DNA from: a virus
Taxonomy: Duplodnaviria > Heunggongvirae > Uroviricota > Caudoviricetes
Strand: one strand, 5' to 3'
Length of the DNA stretch: 64,000 nucleotides
IMG/VR virus record: IMGVR_UViG_3300025015_000009
Location: 224,001-288,000 of that record
The notes beneath the pieces were generated by a model. That model worked only from the letters and a program-made list of their open reading frames with translations, was not told where the DNA came from and did not search any database. Made by a program: the position numbers and the translations under genes. Position 1 is the first letter of the stretch, and each line of letters begins with the position of its first letter. Below are positions 55,688-64,000 of this stretch, piece after piece.

Positions 55688-56703
55688 ACGAACGAGAACA
55701 AACTGCGGAATGCAGATCTCAAGTTAGTTGCATCTTCTATGTCCCAATCCATTACCCCTAACAAGTTTGTTACTTTCTTATCAACGATTGCTCTTTCCAT
55801 CGCTTCGTTGTCAAACGGAAGCTCAGTAAACCATGTTGGGAGATGTTGGATATCGATCGGGTACCCAACTGTTGTTATTCCGGTGGGGTTATCTCTTATT
55901 TTACAAGCAATAGTCTTCATTCCGTCTACCACCTTAGGTGAGTGGTGATCGTTATTGAGAGTTCTAAGTATATTCCAGTTAATAGCACCAGTTACGTGCC
56001 CAGGTATCATTCCTTTTTTACCGGATTGTGATTGCTGTGTGTATCGGGTTAAGTTGTTAACTCGTTTCGGTGTCCCTTTTTCCCACGGTGGGAGTGCAGC
56101 AAATGTTCTCTTGAACTCGATTATCTTGTTGACAACGAAGTCTTTGTCTTTAAGAGTTAGCACGTCAAGTAGTATACTGCTCAGGAACTCCTGCGCAATC
56201 TTTGGTGTATCTGCTCGTTTCAAGTCAAGCCCCATTGCTTTAACTTTACCGACCCCGAATATTACACCTTTTTTCTTTGCAGTTTCTTCGTCAAGTTGAT
56301 CTAATCGGTTGCCATCAAGCTCGTTCATTAGAATTGCATATCGTTTCTTTTTAATAAACAAACCAGCAGTTCCCAGTAGTTCGCGACCACCTTTAATGAT
56401 CTCGCCATGAGCTCTACTACACTTAAACGCTTGTTCCATGAATGCTGGAAAACTTGTATTAACATTATCAGCGATTATGTTATACAGTTCAATTGCAGTT
56501 TCTATTGACCATTCTTGATCTCCAGCAGAGACCGCCTGTTCAACAGCGGGCCAAGCGGAGAAAACACAGGAATCTGTGTTATGAACTAGTATGTCGTTTC
56601 CAAAGAAAAATGGATCTTGATCTTCGATACAGATGTCATACACGTAGTCATCTACTTCACCTAAACATACTACAGATTTTATTGTTGTTCGTTCAATATC
56701 CAT
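55684..56703 (-). CDS. DNA polymerase B C-terminal part with N-terminal split-intein C fragment
   Basis: 42-aa IntC (YVYDI..FFGNDILVHN), then TDS, KKKRYA, GLDLKRADTP. Confidence 0.93.
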   Translation of the reverse strand: MDIERTTIKSVVCLGEVDDYVYDICIEDQDPFFFGNDILVHNTDSCVFSAWPAVEQAVSAGDQEWSIETAIELYNIIADNVNTSFPAFMEQAFKCSRAHGEIIKGGRELLGTAGLFIKKKRYAILMNELDGNRLDQLDEETAKKKGVIFGVGKVKAMGLDLKRADTPKIAQEFLSSILLDVLTLKDKDFVVNKIIEFKRTFAALPPWEKGTPKRVNNLTRYTQQSQSGKKGMIPGHVTGAINWNILRTLNNDHHSPKVVDGMKTIACKIRDNPTGITTVGYPIDIQHLPTWFTELPFDNEAMERAIVDKKVTNLLGVMDWDIEDATNLRSAFRSLFSFV

Positions 56704-57566
56704 TTAATTACCTCTGTTATGGTTTTTTCTTTGTTGTTAATATAGTCACTCTCCCATACAACAAGAGTTCTGAATCCTTTTTTATTAGCAACTTCTATTT
56801 TTCGTGCATCTTTGTTCCATATTTCTGTCGCAGTGTGATCTTTAATAGTGTCAGCCTCATTATATATTAACGGATTGGCATGCCAGTAATCACCGTTAAA
56901 TTCTATTATACAGTCTTTGTGTTTGATATCATAGATATAATGCCTGTTAAGGTCGTTGTCCCAGAGACAATATGGGTTAGCTATCGAGCTATTATCGACA
57001 TTGCCTAGTTGACTCTCAAGTAAGAGAATGAACTCTTTCTCGACTTTACTATATATTTGCGAAGAGACTCTATGTACCAGTGCTTTCTTTGCGTTTATTT
57101 CTTTGTATTTTTCTAAACCTGCATCGTGACCAAGCTTCTTTTTAAAGTAGTCTACTGTGTTTGTGTACCGTTGTCTTTCACAATACGCATTCCATCTCTC
57201 GATTCCAATATCTTCTCCGTGGCGAGAAATCATATTCTCTAGGGTAGCCGATCTCCCTTTATTATACTCAGCAAACTCGTCTTCGGACCAACCGAATTTT
57301 TCTTTTTTGTACTCGAATGTGTTCGTTTCGGCCTGCTTACGTCGATACGACTCCCATCGAGTTTGTCCGGATTCTGTCCCATATTTTTCTATTAGATTTG
57401 CTAAGGTTATTGCTGTTTTTTTTGATAACACAGGGTCGACTAGTAGTTCTCCTGGATACGCATTCTTGTATTCTTTTCCGTTTTTAAATCTACCCGAACA
57501 GTTATATTTAAAATGTGTCCATTGTAATCTATTAGTAGTAAATCCGCATTCTTTGCAAGTTAACAT
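56679..57566 (-). mobile_element. Free-standing endonuclease between the split polymerase genes
   Basis: CKECG..H Zn motif, KYG.E.G..RW repeats, YDI..IIEFNGDYWH..VWE (Vsr/DUF559-like). Confidence 0.75.
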
Positions 57567-57594
57567 ATGGGGCTTCTCCTGTCTCCATATGTAT

Positions 57595-59790
57595 TTACCT
57601 TTTGAGACAAATAAACTGATCTGTAGTTAATATCTCAGTGGGTTTTACCTCGAGTAATACCCCCTGTCGTTCAATCATAATGCTATGATCAGCAGTAACC
57701 TTAATACTTTTTCCGTTATTTAAGTTAATCTGATATAACATTTTTTTTGTTTTATGTCGCATAACATACGCAGTGTTTGCCATAGCTGCCATCTGGTTAT
57801 ACGCGCTATAACCCATCACCGATACGGGACATTGTAGACCGTATTCTTTGTCACCAATGGTGGTTTTTTCTAAACAACAATCGAACAACTCTTCTATTGT
57901 AATTTCGTCATTACTGGTTAGAATTCTTGTATCCCCAGTGACACTGTCACCGTATATGATTGCAGACCCAGTGTGATCGTATTCTCCGGTTATACATTCG
58001 TTTGTATACGCATCCATGTGCTTGGCAATACATCTACCAGTTAGTGTTGTTGATTGCCCAATTCGATGGTCAAAGAATCGACACCCAGGATTTAGAATTG
58101 CACCGTATAACGAGTTTAAGTTTACTTTCTTAACATTCTGCTTGCGGTCCCATAGCTCGACATCCGCCTGGTCTGTCGCTTCTTTCTTCTTCTTCTGCAT
58201 TGCTTTTCTCTCGGAGTACCATCTTTCAAGTAACCCCGGAATAATACCTTTTGTACTATACGAGAAAATAGTACCGTTAGCACTGATACATATTGGTTTG
58301 TTATTATTGAATATCAGATTCCATGTTTCTTCGGCGGTGTGAGTAGTCGGTGACTGGTGTTCCCAGTCAATCGTTATTGATACCCCAGGGGATCTGGCCA
58401 TCATTGCTTGATACTCCAGCGACCCGAATTGACCTTCCCATGCTTCTGCAAAAGACATCCCCTTTTTTCGTCCTTTGTCTGCCATGTTTTTTTGCAGCAT
58501 AGCTGTTGTCATGTCTGGGCGCAACTGGCCAACAACAGTGTCTGGCCCCATATTCAACGCTCTAATAGTAGATGGGTACAGAGAGTTAATATCGATAACG
58601 CCGATATACTTATGCATCCCGGCTTTTGGTACAGCAACATATGCGCCTGCGGCTTGATCTTCGTTAAACAAGTCCTCGTCATCTACTTCTCGATCAGCAG
58701 CTGGGGTGTGGACCCTATTAGGAACAATCATACCCCTGGAGTGCGCTTCGTTAATGATTGCTTGCTCAGTGACCGCTACTGCTCCGCTTGTTGTTTGCAG
58801 TAGTACCGTGTTATCGTGTGCAATCTCGTTTGCCAAATCCATGAATTTCAGTTTAGAATCTAGCTTGTATATAAGTTCGGTGTCTTGTCGATTGTACAGA
58901 ATAAATTTCTCGAAGTCGTTGTTGTACAATTGATCCAACGTACCTTCATACTTAATTTTGTGCTCGTTTAACTCGTATTCACTGATTGCGTCCAACGAAT
59001 ACGAGTGCATCTCGTGATACGTATATTTGCGATACAGTTGCATGTAATCTAAGTGGATACGACCAGATAAGTCGTATGTTTGATGCTCTGCACCGTAGCG
59101 AGAAAAGGTGCGCTTAGTGGGCTGTTTCCCCCAGAGGCAAAACCGACGAGTGTCGTCTGTACTTAGGATACGTTTGACTCTATTAACAGTATATGGGATA
59201 TCGAATCCCTCGGAGTTCCACCCAGATAGAACGTCTGCGTCGTCGATTAACGTCAAAAATGTGTCAAGAACTTGTTTTTCGTTGTCAAATATGTAGCAAT
59301 TCTCAAATTTTAGTGCAATTTCGTTTGCACTTTTTATGCTAAGGGTCTTAGGACATAGAGCTAACGTAATACACTGTTTTGTCCATCCCAGGTAAAGAGA
59401 TATAGCTGTGATTGCATTAAACGGGTCGTCAGATGGGGCAAACCCCATCTCATGATGGAAATCAGTTTCAATGTCGAAGTACGCAACATTGAGTTTAGGT
59501 GACTCTACCCCGGCGTAGTTCTCCGCTAAACACTTGAACACCGGATTAATATCACTCTCCCATAATTTCTCTCGTGGAAAAACTCTGAGCTCTTTTTGAA
59601 ACTCTTTCCACGATCGAATAGTTACCTTAGATACAGGGGTATTGACTATGGTTCTAAATTTTCCTTTTGGATCAGAATGGTAGAAGGTATAGTTTCCGGG
59701 GTATTCCTTGAATACTCGAACGCCATTGACTCGTTCGATAACATGGATCTGGCTTGATTCTTTATTATGATATCCATCTACGTAGCTCAT
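57595..59790 (-). CDS. DNA polymerase B N-terminal part with C-terminal split-intein N fragment
   Basis: DIET, WNSEGFDIPY, YNRQD exonuclease motifs; DINSLYPS, KVNLNSLYG, YGD then SVTGDT..VTADHS IntN (57598-57945). Confidence 0.95.
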   Translation of the reverse strand: MSYVDGYHNKESSQIHVIERVNGVRVFKEYPGNYTFYHSDPKGKFRTIVNTPVSKVTIRSWKEFQKELRVFPREKLWESDINPVFKCLAENYAGVESPKLNVAYFDIETDFHHEMGFAPSDDPFNAITAISLYLGWTKQCITLALCPKTLSIKSANEIALKFENCYIFDNEKQVLDTFLTLIDDADVLSGWNSEGFDIPYTVNRVKRILSTDDTRRFCLWGKQPTKRTFSRYGAEHQTYDLSGRIHLDYMQLYRKYTYHEMHSYSLDAISEYELNEHKIKYEGTLDQLYNNDFEKFILYNRQDTELIYKLDSKLKFMDLANEIAHDNTVLLQTTSGAVAVTEQAIINEAHSRGMIVPNRVHTPAADREVDDEDLFNEDQAAGAYVAVPKAGMHKYIGVIDINSLYPSTIRALNMGPDTVVGQLRPDMTTAMLQKNMADKGRKKGMSFAEAWEGQFGSLEYQAMMARSPGVSITIDWEHQSPTTHTAEETWNLIFNNNKPICISANGTIFSYSTKGIIPGLLERWYSERKAMQKKKKEATDQADVELWDRKQNVKKVNLNSLYGAILNPGCRFFDHRIGQSTTLTGRCIAKHMDAYTNECITGEYDHTGSAIIYGDSVTGDTRILTSNDEITIEELFDCCLEKTTIGDKEYGLQCPVSVMGYSAYNQMAAMANTAYVMRHKTKKMLYQINLNNGKSIKVTADHSIMIERQGVLLEVKPTEILTTDQFICLKR

Positions 59791-59792
59791 GC

Positions 59793-59863
59793 TTTTCCTT
59801 CGTAACCGCTTTTGGCCGGTATACCGTGTGTACGCTATTTTGGGCAGTTAACGAACTGGAAAA
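59793..59863 (-). promoter_or_regulatory. Structured leader sequestering the polymerase RBS
   Basis: TTTTCC..TTCG.TAAC pairs with GTTACGAA-GGAAAA, which contains the AAGGA SD. Confidence 0.5.
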
Positions 59864-59874
59864 ACAAGTATGAG

Positions 59875-60123
59875 TTATGCTGTTCGTCCGACAGTCTCAA
59901 GTATATCGGTTAATTCTTCGAAATCAGCACTTACGTCTGTAAATTTGGATTTCTGTGCAATTTTTACAGCACGTTTAAGTGTTGCAGGTTTGATTTCAAG
60001 CTCTGTAGCAACAGCTTTGATGGTGTCGTTTAACCCCTGGCTTAGGTCCTCTACTTCTTGCATAATAGCAATAGACTCGGTCATCAGGTGTGACAGTTTT
60101 GTTTTTTGTTCCAATGAAAACAT
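59875..60123 (-). CDS. T4 DsbA-like dsDNA-binding protein
   Basis: EVEDL..LNDTIKAVATELEIKPATLKRAVKI; true start may be slightly upstream near the AAGGAG RBS. Confidence 0.65.
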   Translation of the reverse strand: MFSLEQKTKLSHLMTESIAIMQEVEDLSQGLNDTIKAVATELEIKPATLKRAVKIAQKSKFTDVSADFEELTDILETVGRTA

Positions 60124-60206
60124 ACGATTTGCGATAATAATTCTCCTTAGTAGTATAGTGTGATTATATAGCTCGCGTAGAGTTAATGCAAGTTATATGA
60201 TAGTAT

Positions 60207-60449
60207 TTATTTACTGCATTGGCTTAACAAAAATGTTAAATAATCGGTTCTCTTTCTGAAAGAAACGGTTATCGCCTGGAATGTGGGACATCTTACTGTC
60301 TATATTTTTTGTTTCTTGTTGTTACTTATTCGGGTTACCGACGGTCCGAATGTTGCTAAACAATACTTGTGTATGCGGTTACGTGCTGTGTTAAACCCAT
60401 GATGATCATGCCACCACATCTGAATAGGTATTGTTGTTTTGTACCTCAT
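60207..60449 (-). pseudogene. F..D..F.L family member with in-frame TAG
   Basis: MRYKTT..KYCLATFGP..QKI*TVR..VSFRKRTDYLTFLLS; TAG at 60300-60302; ATGA-coupled start. Confidence 0.6.
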
Positions 60450-60670
60450 ATTACTATGTTTACCCATCTCAATGCAAATGCTATTGCGTCGTTTTTGTTT
60501 TTAAACCCAAATACGGTTTCGTCACCGAGAGGCATAGACATGAGCGTCCAGTTACCCCGCCCACATATTTCGTTGCACCATTCTATTCTTGGGGATGGTC
60601 TATTAGACCAATGAATTGCCCTAAGAGTAACACAAAAAGGGAACTGGCCGGATATCTGGTTATCAATCAC
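60446..60670 (-). CDS. F..DA.LF.L.W family small protein
   Basis: FPFCV..EWCNE..FKNKNDAIAFALRWV. Confidence 0.75.
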   Translation of the reverse strand: MIDNQISGQFPFCVTLRAIHWSNRPSPRIEWCNEICGRGNWTLMSMPLGDETVFGFKNKNDAIAFALRWVNIVI

Positions 60671-60905
60671 ACTTCAACCTAAATAGTATTGCGTCGGCGT
60701 TACGTGCAAACATAAAGGTAACATGTTCGTTGTCCTCGTCATATACGAGAGTCCAATTGTGTACACCGAACATCTCGTCACACCATCGGTAAGTAGGGTG
60801 ATCGCAGGCGTGTACCCGGACAGTAAAAGGGAGTCGATCAGACATATCAGTTGAAGTCATAACAGTAAAAGGGAATCGACTAGACCCTGACATATCTGAA
60901 CTCAT
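60663..60905 (-). CDS. F..DA.LF.L.W family small protein
   Basis: Duplicated DMS..PFTV; RWCDEMFG..FARNADAILFRLKC. Confidence 0.7.
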   Translation of the reverse strand: MSSDMSGSSRFPFTVMTSTDMSDRLPFTVRVHACDHPTYRWCDEMFGVHNWTLVYDEDNEHVTFMFARNADAILFRLKCD

Positions 60906-61162
60906 AGCCAGTGTAGTGCAAATAGAAATGCATGTTCCTTAGTTGTGAACCTAAAGTCGATTGTATTATTACGGTAGCTATTGGAATCAATTATCCATTG
61001 CCCTACACTGAACATCTTATCACACCATATTACCCGAGGATAATTTGCAAGAATCACCATCTCTGCGTATGTCTCGAATATAACTTTCCCGGAGGGCGGA
61101 ACGGCGGTCACTGTGATACCACAGTCGACAGTAACAGTAAATGGAAAAGCATCTGTTGTCAT
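60902..61162 (-). CDS. F..DA.LF.L.W family small protein
   Basis: FPFTV..IWCDK..FTTKEHAFLFALHWL. Confidence 0.75.
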   Translation of the reverse strand: MTTDAFPFTVTVDCGITVTAVPPSGKVIFETYAEMVILANYPRVIWCDKMFSVGQWIIDSNSYRNNTIDFRFTTKEHAFLFALHWL

Positions 61163-61192
61163 CTTCAGTTAGCCGGTCTCACTGGTTAAGAG

Positions 61193-61420
61193 TTAACACC
61201 ATCTTAGCTTAAACATCGTGGCATGGTCAGCAGATGCAAAAACGAAGTCGACTGTTTCCTGCGAGATGCTGTAGTCACCAAGCGCCCATTCGCCTGCACT
61301 GTATGTTGCGTTACACCAATCTATAGCGTCACGCGGTGCAGGCGCAAGCCCTCGACCCCGTCGGATGATCCAGGTGCGTGTCAAGCTAGTTGTAGCAATA
61401 GAAACTACAAATGGAAACAT
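61193..61420 (-). CDS. F..DA.LF.L.W family small protein
   Basis: FPFVV..DWCNA..FASADHATMFKLRWC. Confidence 0.75.
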   Translation of the reverse strand: MFPFVVSIATTSLTRTWIIRRGRGLAPAPRDAIDWCNATYSAGEWALGDYSISQETVDFVFASADHATMFKLRWC

Positions 61421-61433
61421 GTTAATTAGTCTC

Positions 61434-61643
61434 TTATACCCACTTTAACGAAAACAGCACAGCATCTTGCTTGTGTCTGAAGAATATTCTGTATCGCCGT
61501 TCAGGAGCAAAAGAGGTGTCTACGTCATCCCAGAAGAACCCCGACCGGTGACTCTGAAACTCGTCCAGAGCTTTATGTAACTTTTCCCAGTCAAAATCCT
61601 TTGGTAGAACAACGACGTGTTTATATAGAAGCTCAGTCGTCAT
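61434..61643 (-). CDS. F..DA.LF.L.W family small protein
   Basis: FRHKQDAVLFSLKWV. Confidence 0.75.
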   Translation of the reverse strand: MTTELLYKHVVVLPKDFDWEKLHKALDEFQSHRSGFFWDDVDTSFAPERRYRIFFRHKQDAVLFSLKWV

Positions 61644-61646
61644 GCA

Positions 61647-61853
61647 TTAACTCCACTTTAATGAGAATAATATAGCATCTTGCTTGTTGGTGAAATACAC
61701 TGTGGTTCTAATGTCGGTACTTATGCTAATAATGCAATCGATATCTGTTAACCACTCTCTTAGGTCCCACCAGTTGTACTCAGATGGGAAGACCACGGCG
61801 GTTCTTCCTGGTATACTCTTACCGTCGCCCATAAACTGTACTCTCACACCCAT
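61647..61853 (-). CDS. F..DA.LF.L.W family small protein
   Basis: FTNKQDAILFSLKWS. Confidence 0.7.
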   Translation of the reverse strand: MGVRVQFMGDGKSIPGRTAVVFPSEYNWWDLREWLTDIDCIISISTDIRTTVYFTNKQDAILFSLKWS

Positions 61854-61863
61854 ACCCTGTAAT

Positions 61864-62142
61864 TCATCTCCATCTGAGTGAGAACATAGTTGCATCTTCC
61901 AGGGAAAAAAATCCGAATTGCACTATTTCGTCGGCGGTATAACTTACATCTGACACGTCGACTATCTCGTAAATCACCTCCTGGATGCAATTGTGATTTA
62001 TCCAGGAGATGATTTCTGCTAGATCGGCACGGTCACTTAAATGAACGTAAGTAGTTGGCTGACGTTGTTTGCTTTTGTCCCAGTTCTGAATCGGTAACTG
62101 ACCGATAGTATCTTCAGCCGGGTAAATAACACGAGTGAACAT
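61864..62142 (-). CDS. F..DA.LF.L.W family small protein
   Basis: SWINHNC..FFSLEDATMFSLRWR. Confidence 0.75.
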   Translation of the reverse strand: MFTRVIYPAEDTIGQLPIQNWDKSKQRQPTTYVHLSDRADLAEIISWINHNCIQEVIYEIVDVSDVSYTADEIVQFGFFSLEDATMFSLRWR

Positions 62143-63251
62143 TACGCATCGTCGTTCTTAAAGTTGCTGTATATAGTATTCAACGTGTACCCTTCTCGGT
62201 AATTGTTGGTCCAGTACTTCTTGTAGTCGGGATCTTTACCGGTATACGCAGTCATCAGCAGCCCGAACAAAGGATGGTTGTTGTATGTTATAGCAACGTC
62301 TTTCCTTGTTGGCAGCAATTTTGCTTCGATCAGTAAAGCATCTACTGCGGTCATAACAGATCGCAGTTGTTCTGTTACTCGATGTTCGATTGCCTCAATC
62401 GGAGCCAATGACAGACCAGCCTGAGTGATAACAGTTTTAATGTCGTCGATTGTTTCATCTAAGAACATATCTGCTACATCACGTTCCCGCAGTTCAGTCT
62501 TAGCACGATGCATTCTGAGGTACCATTCGCACTTCATCTTTACCATAGTCGGTGAGTTATTTGACTCGAACCGAATAACATACCCCTCGAAATCTTCGAT
62601 CACTTTCATTTGGTCTACTAGATTTCGGTACGTAAAGTTGTATGAACGAATAACCAATACTCCGGCAGCATCAGCCCGAGCCCACATTTCGTTGTACGAC
62701 ACATACTCTCCGGTGCTCATATTACGAATTGCTAATAGTACGAGCGTTGGGGTTTTTCCGTAGTTGATTACTATCTCGCACTGCGGAGCAGTGAACTCGA
62801 ATATCGGAGAGAAACCAGCAAGCAATAGTTCCTTTGAGAAAGAGGTAATCTCAGGAGAAGTCGCAGCGGCCGCAGCAACAGCAACGTCAGAGTAGAACGA
62901 TTTCTTTGTTTTCCATGCTACTTCGCCGTTGACTAACACCGGGACCAGCATCGAGCCGTCACGTTTCTCGAGAACATTAACTATCTTGTCCCAAGGCAAT
63001 GTTTCAGGACGAGTGCTCTCGTTTTCACCGACGTTAAAGAACTTATGAAACGGTGCGCTGATGCAATCGCCAGATTCGGTGTCAAACGTAATTCCGCGAC
63101 ATTCCAAAGCAAACGGCAGTTGCCACAACTCGGGTGAGCTAACCATATAGCTCACTATAGTAACGGATTTGCCGTTCACTATTTCTTCTTTAAACTTGAT
63201 CATTTTTTCGGAACGAAGATGGTCAAGATCGGATAATTTAGATGGAAACAT
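62142..63251 (-). CDS. rnlA: RNA ligase 1 (T4 Rnl1-like)
   Basis: ECRGI, KFFN, EKRDGS (KxDG), FEF, EGYVI, VKMK. Confidence 0.9.
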   Translation of the reverse strand: MFPSKLSDLDHLRSEKMIKFKEEIVNGKSVTIVSYMVSSPELWQLPFALECRGITFDTESGDCISAPFHKFFNVGENESTRPETLPWDKIVNVLEKRDGSMLVPVLVNGEVAWKTKKSFYSDVAVAAAAATSPEITSFSKELLLAGFSPIFEFTAPQCEIVINYGKTPTLVLLAIRNMSTGEYVSYNEMWARADAAGVLVIRSYNFTYRNLVDQMKVIEDFEGYVIRFESNNSPTMVKMKCEWYLRMHRAKTELRERDVADMFLDETIDDIKTVITQAGLSLAPIEAIEHRVTEQLRSVMTAVDALLIEAKLLPTRKDVAITYNNHPLFGLLMTAYTGKDPDYKKYWTNNYREGYTLNTIYSNFKNDDA

Positions 63252-63279
63252 GGCGTACCTTTATTATTTAATAGCTGCT

Positions 63280-63308
63280 ATTATACACAAAGATCGGGAC
63301 ATTGTCAA
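63280..63308 (-). promoter_or_regulatory. sigma70 promoter (perfect consensus)
   Basis: TTGACA-N17-TATAAT. Confidence 0.85.
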
Positions 63309-63323
63309 CCGAAACGTGATTGG

Positions 63324-63863
63324 TTAGATCGGGAGTTTGGCTACTTCAGCAACGATATCTTCAAAGACATAGAGTTGCATATTGTTGGTGTCGAGGCCAA
63401 TGTCTTTTATCCTGCCTGGGATATTAGTTGGAATTGCATGGCAATGACCATGCAGCATGATAGACCCAGATTGTTTTTTGTGCCAATGATTCATTGGTCG
63501 ATGACTCATGCATACGACGATTTCTTGTCCGTTAATCGAAACAGTTAGTTCTTTGTAATGTTCGATCGATGCGAAGTATGACTGTAGTTTCTCGTCACTT
63601 AGTATTTTCGTATCGTGATTCCCAGCAATAAGACGTTTTGTTCCGTTAAGTCTAGGAATATATACATGCATCATATCTGGGTGTCCCATACTCACGTCCC
63701 CTAGGATCCATACCTCATCATCCGGGGCAACGGTGTTGTTCCAGTTAGCAATAATGCTTTCGGTCATTTCGATGTGATCTGTAAAGTGACTACGTGTTGC
63801 CGGACAGTAATCGATTATCTTTTTATGGTTAAGATGTAAGTCTGCAGATATGTATGTTTTCAT
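63324..63863 (-). CDS. Calcineurin-like metallophosphoesterase
   Basis: DLH, LGD, GNHD, SH, HGHCH. Confidence 0.9.
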   Translation of the reverse strand: MKTYISADLHLNHKKIIDYCPATRSHFTDHIEMTESIIANWNNTVAPDDEVWILGDVSMGHPDMMHVYIPRLNGTKRLIAGNHDTKILSDEKLQSYFASIEHYKELTVSINGQEIVVCMSHRPMNHWHKKQSGSIMLHGHCHAIPTNIPGRIKDIGLDTNNMQLYVFEDIVAEVAKLPI

Positions 63864-63869
63864 ATTAGC

Positions 63870-63898
63870 ATTATACTACCATTGGTATAAGAAGTCAA
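63870..63898 (-). promoter_or_regulatory. sigma70 promoter, likely giving a leaderless mRNA
   Basis: TTGACT-N17-TATAAT ending 6 nt before the ATG at 63863. Confidence 0.7.
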
Positions 63899-63918
63899 CT
63901 AAATTCTGACAGGTGATT

Positions 63919-64000
63919 TCATAGTACCCATGGATCTACAATTACAGGAAACCCATTGTCCCTGACCATGATGTTCTCATTATGTAAATCCCAATCCCAC
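63919..64000 (-). CDS. Protein-kinase/APH-like protein, C-terminal fragment (runs off window)
   Basis: WDWDLHNENIMVR..PVIVDPW: DLHxxN catalytic loop plus metal-binding D. Confidence 0.6.
   Translation of the reverse strand, partial: WDWDLHNENIMVRDNGFPVIVDPWVL

Noticed and set aside
56679-57594. Group I intron in the DNA polymerase
   Set aside because: There is almost no non-coding space for a ribozyme core, and split-intein motifs fully explain the interruption.
1-64000. Genome-wide TAG or TGA reassignment
   Set aside because: Long conserved genes are uninterrupted in the standard code, and several (folE, 48692-49141, 10380-13268) end plausibly at TAG. Only two accessory genes show internal TAG.

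Overview
This is a 64 kb segment of a large lytic dsDNA phage genome with T4-like/jumbo-type gene content. The host is probably a Proteobacterium, inferred from consensus sigma70 promoters, IHF-like boxes and an RpoZ homologue. 1-15.3 kb: a virion/tail-fibre-like gene, then a glycosyltransferase, radical-SAM and NDP-amino-sugar island containing a secreted GH12-like gene. 15-40 kb: mostly minus-strand early/accessory genes (thyX, MoxR ATPase plus VWA-metallopeptidase, Pnk, HD protein, nucleotidyltransferase), driven by a repeated promoter cassette and packed with expanded families of tiny paralogues. 40-54 kb: RNase H, an omega-subunit homologue and a 7-deazaguanine DNA-modification cluster (queE, queD, folE, DpdL-like, DpdA-like) with an embedded glycosyltransferase and PRTase. 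A GIY-YIG endonuclease there has displaced the old queD 5' end. 54-64 kb: sliding clamp, a family B DNA polymerase split into two genes joined by a Ser1/Thr+1 split intein around a free-standing endonuclease, another mini-gene array, RNA ligase, a metallophosphoesterase and a partial kinase-like gene. No tRNA, rRNA or CRISPR array was seen. All functional calls come from motif recognition by eye, not database searches.
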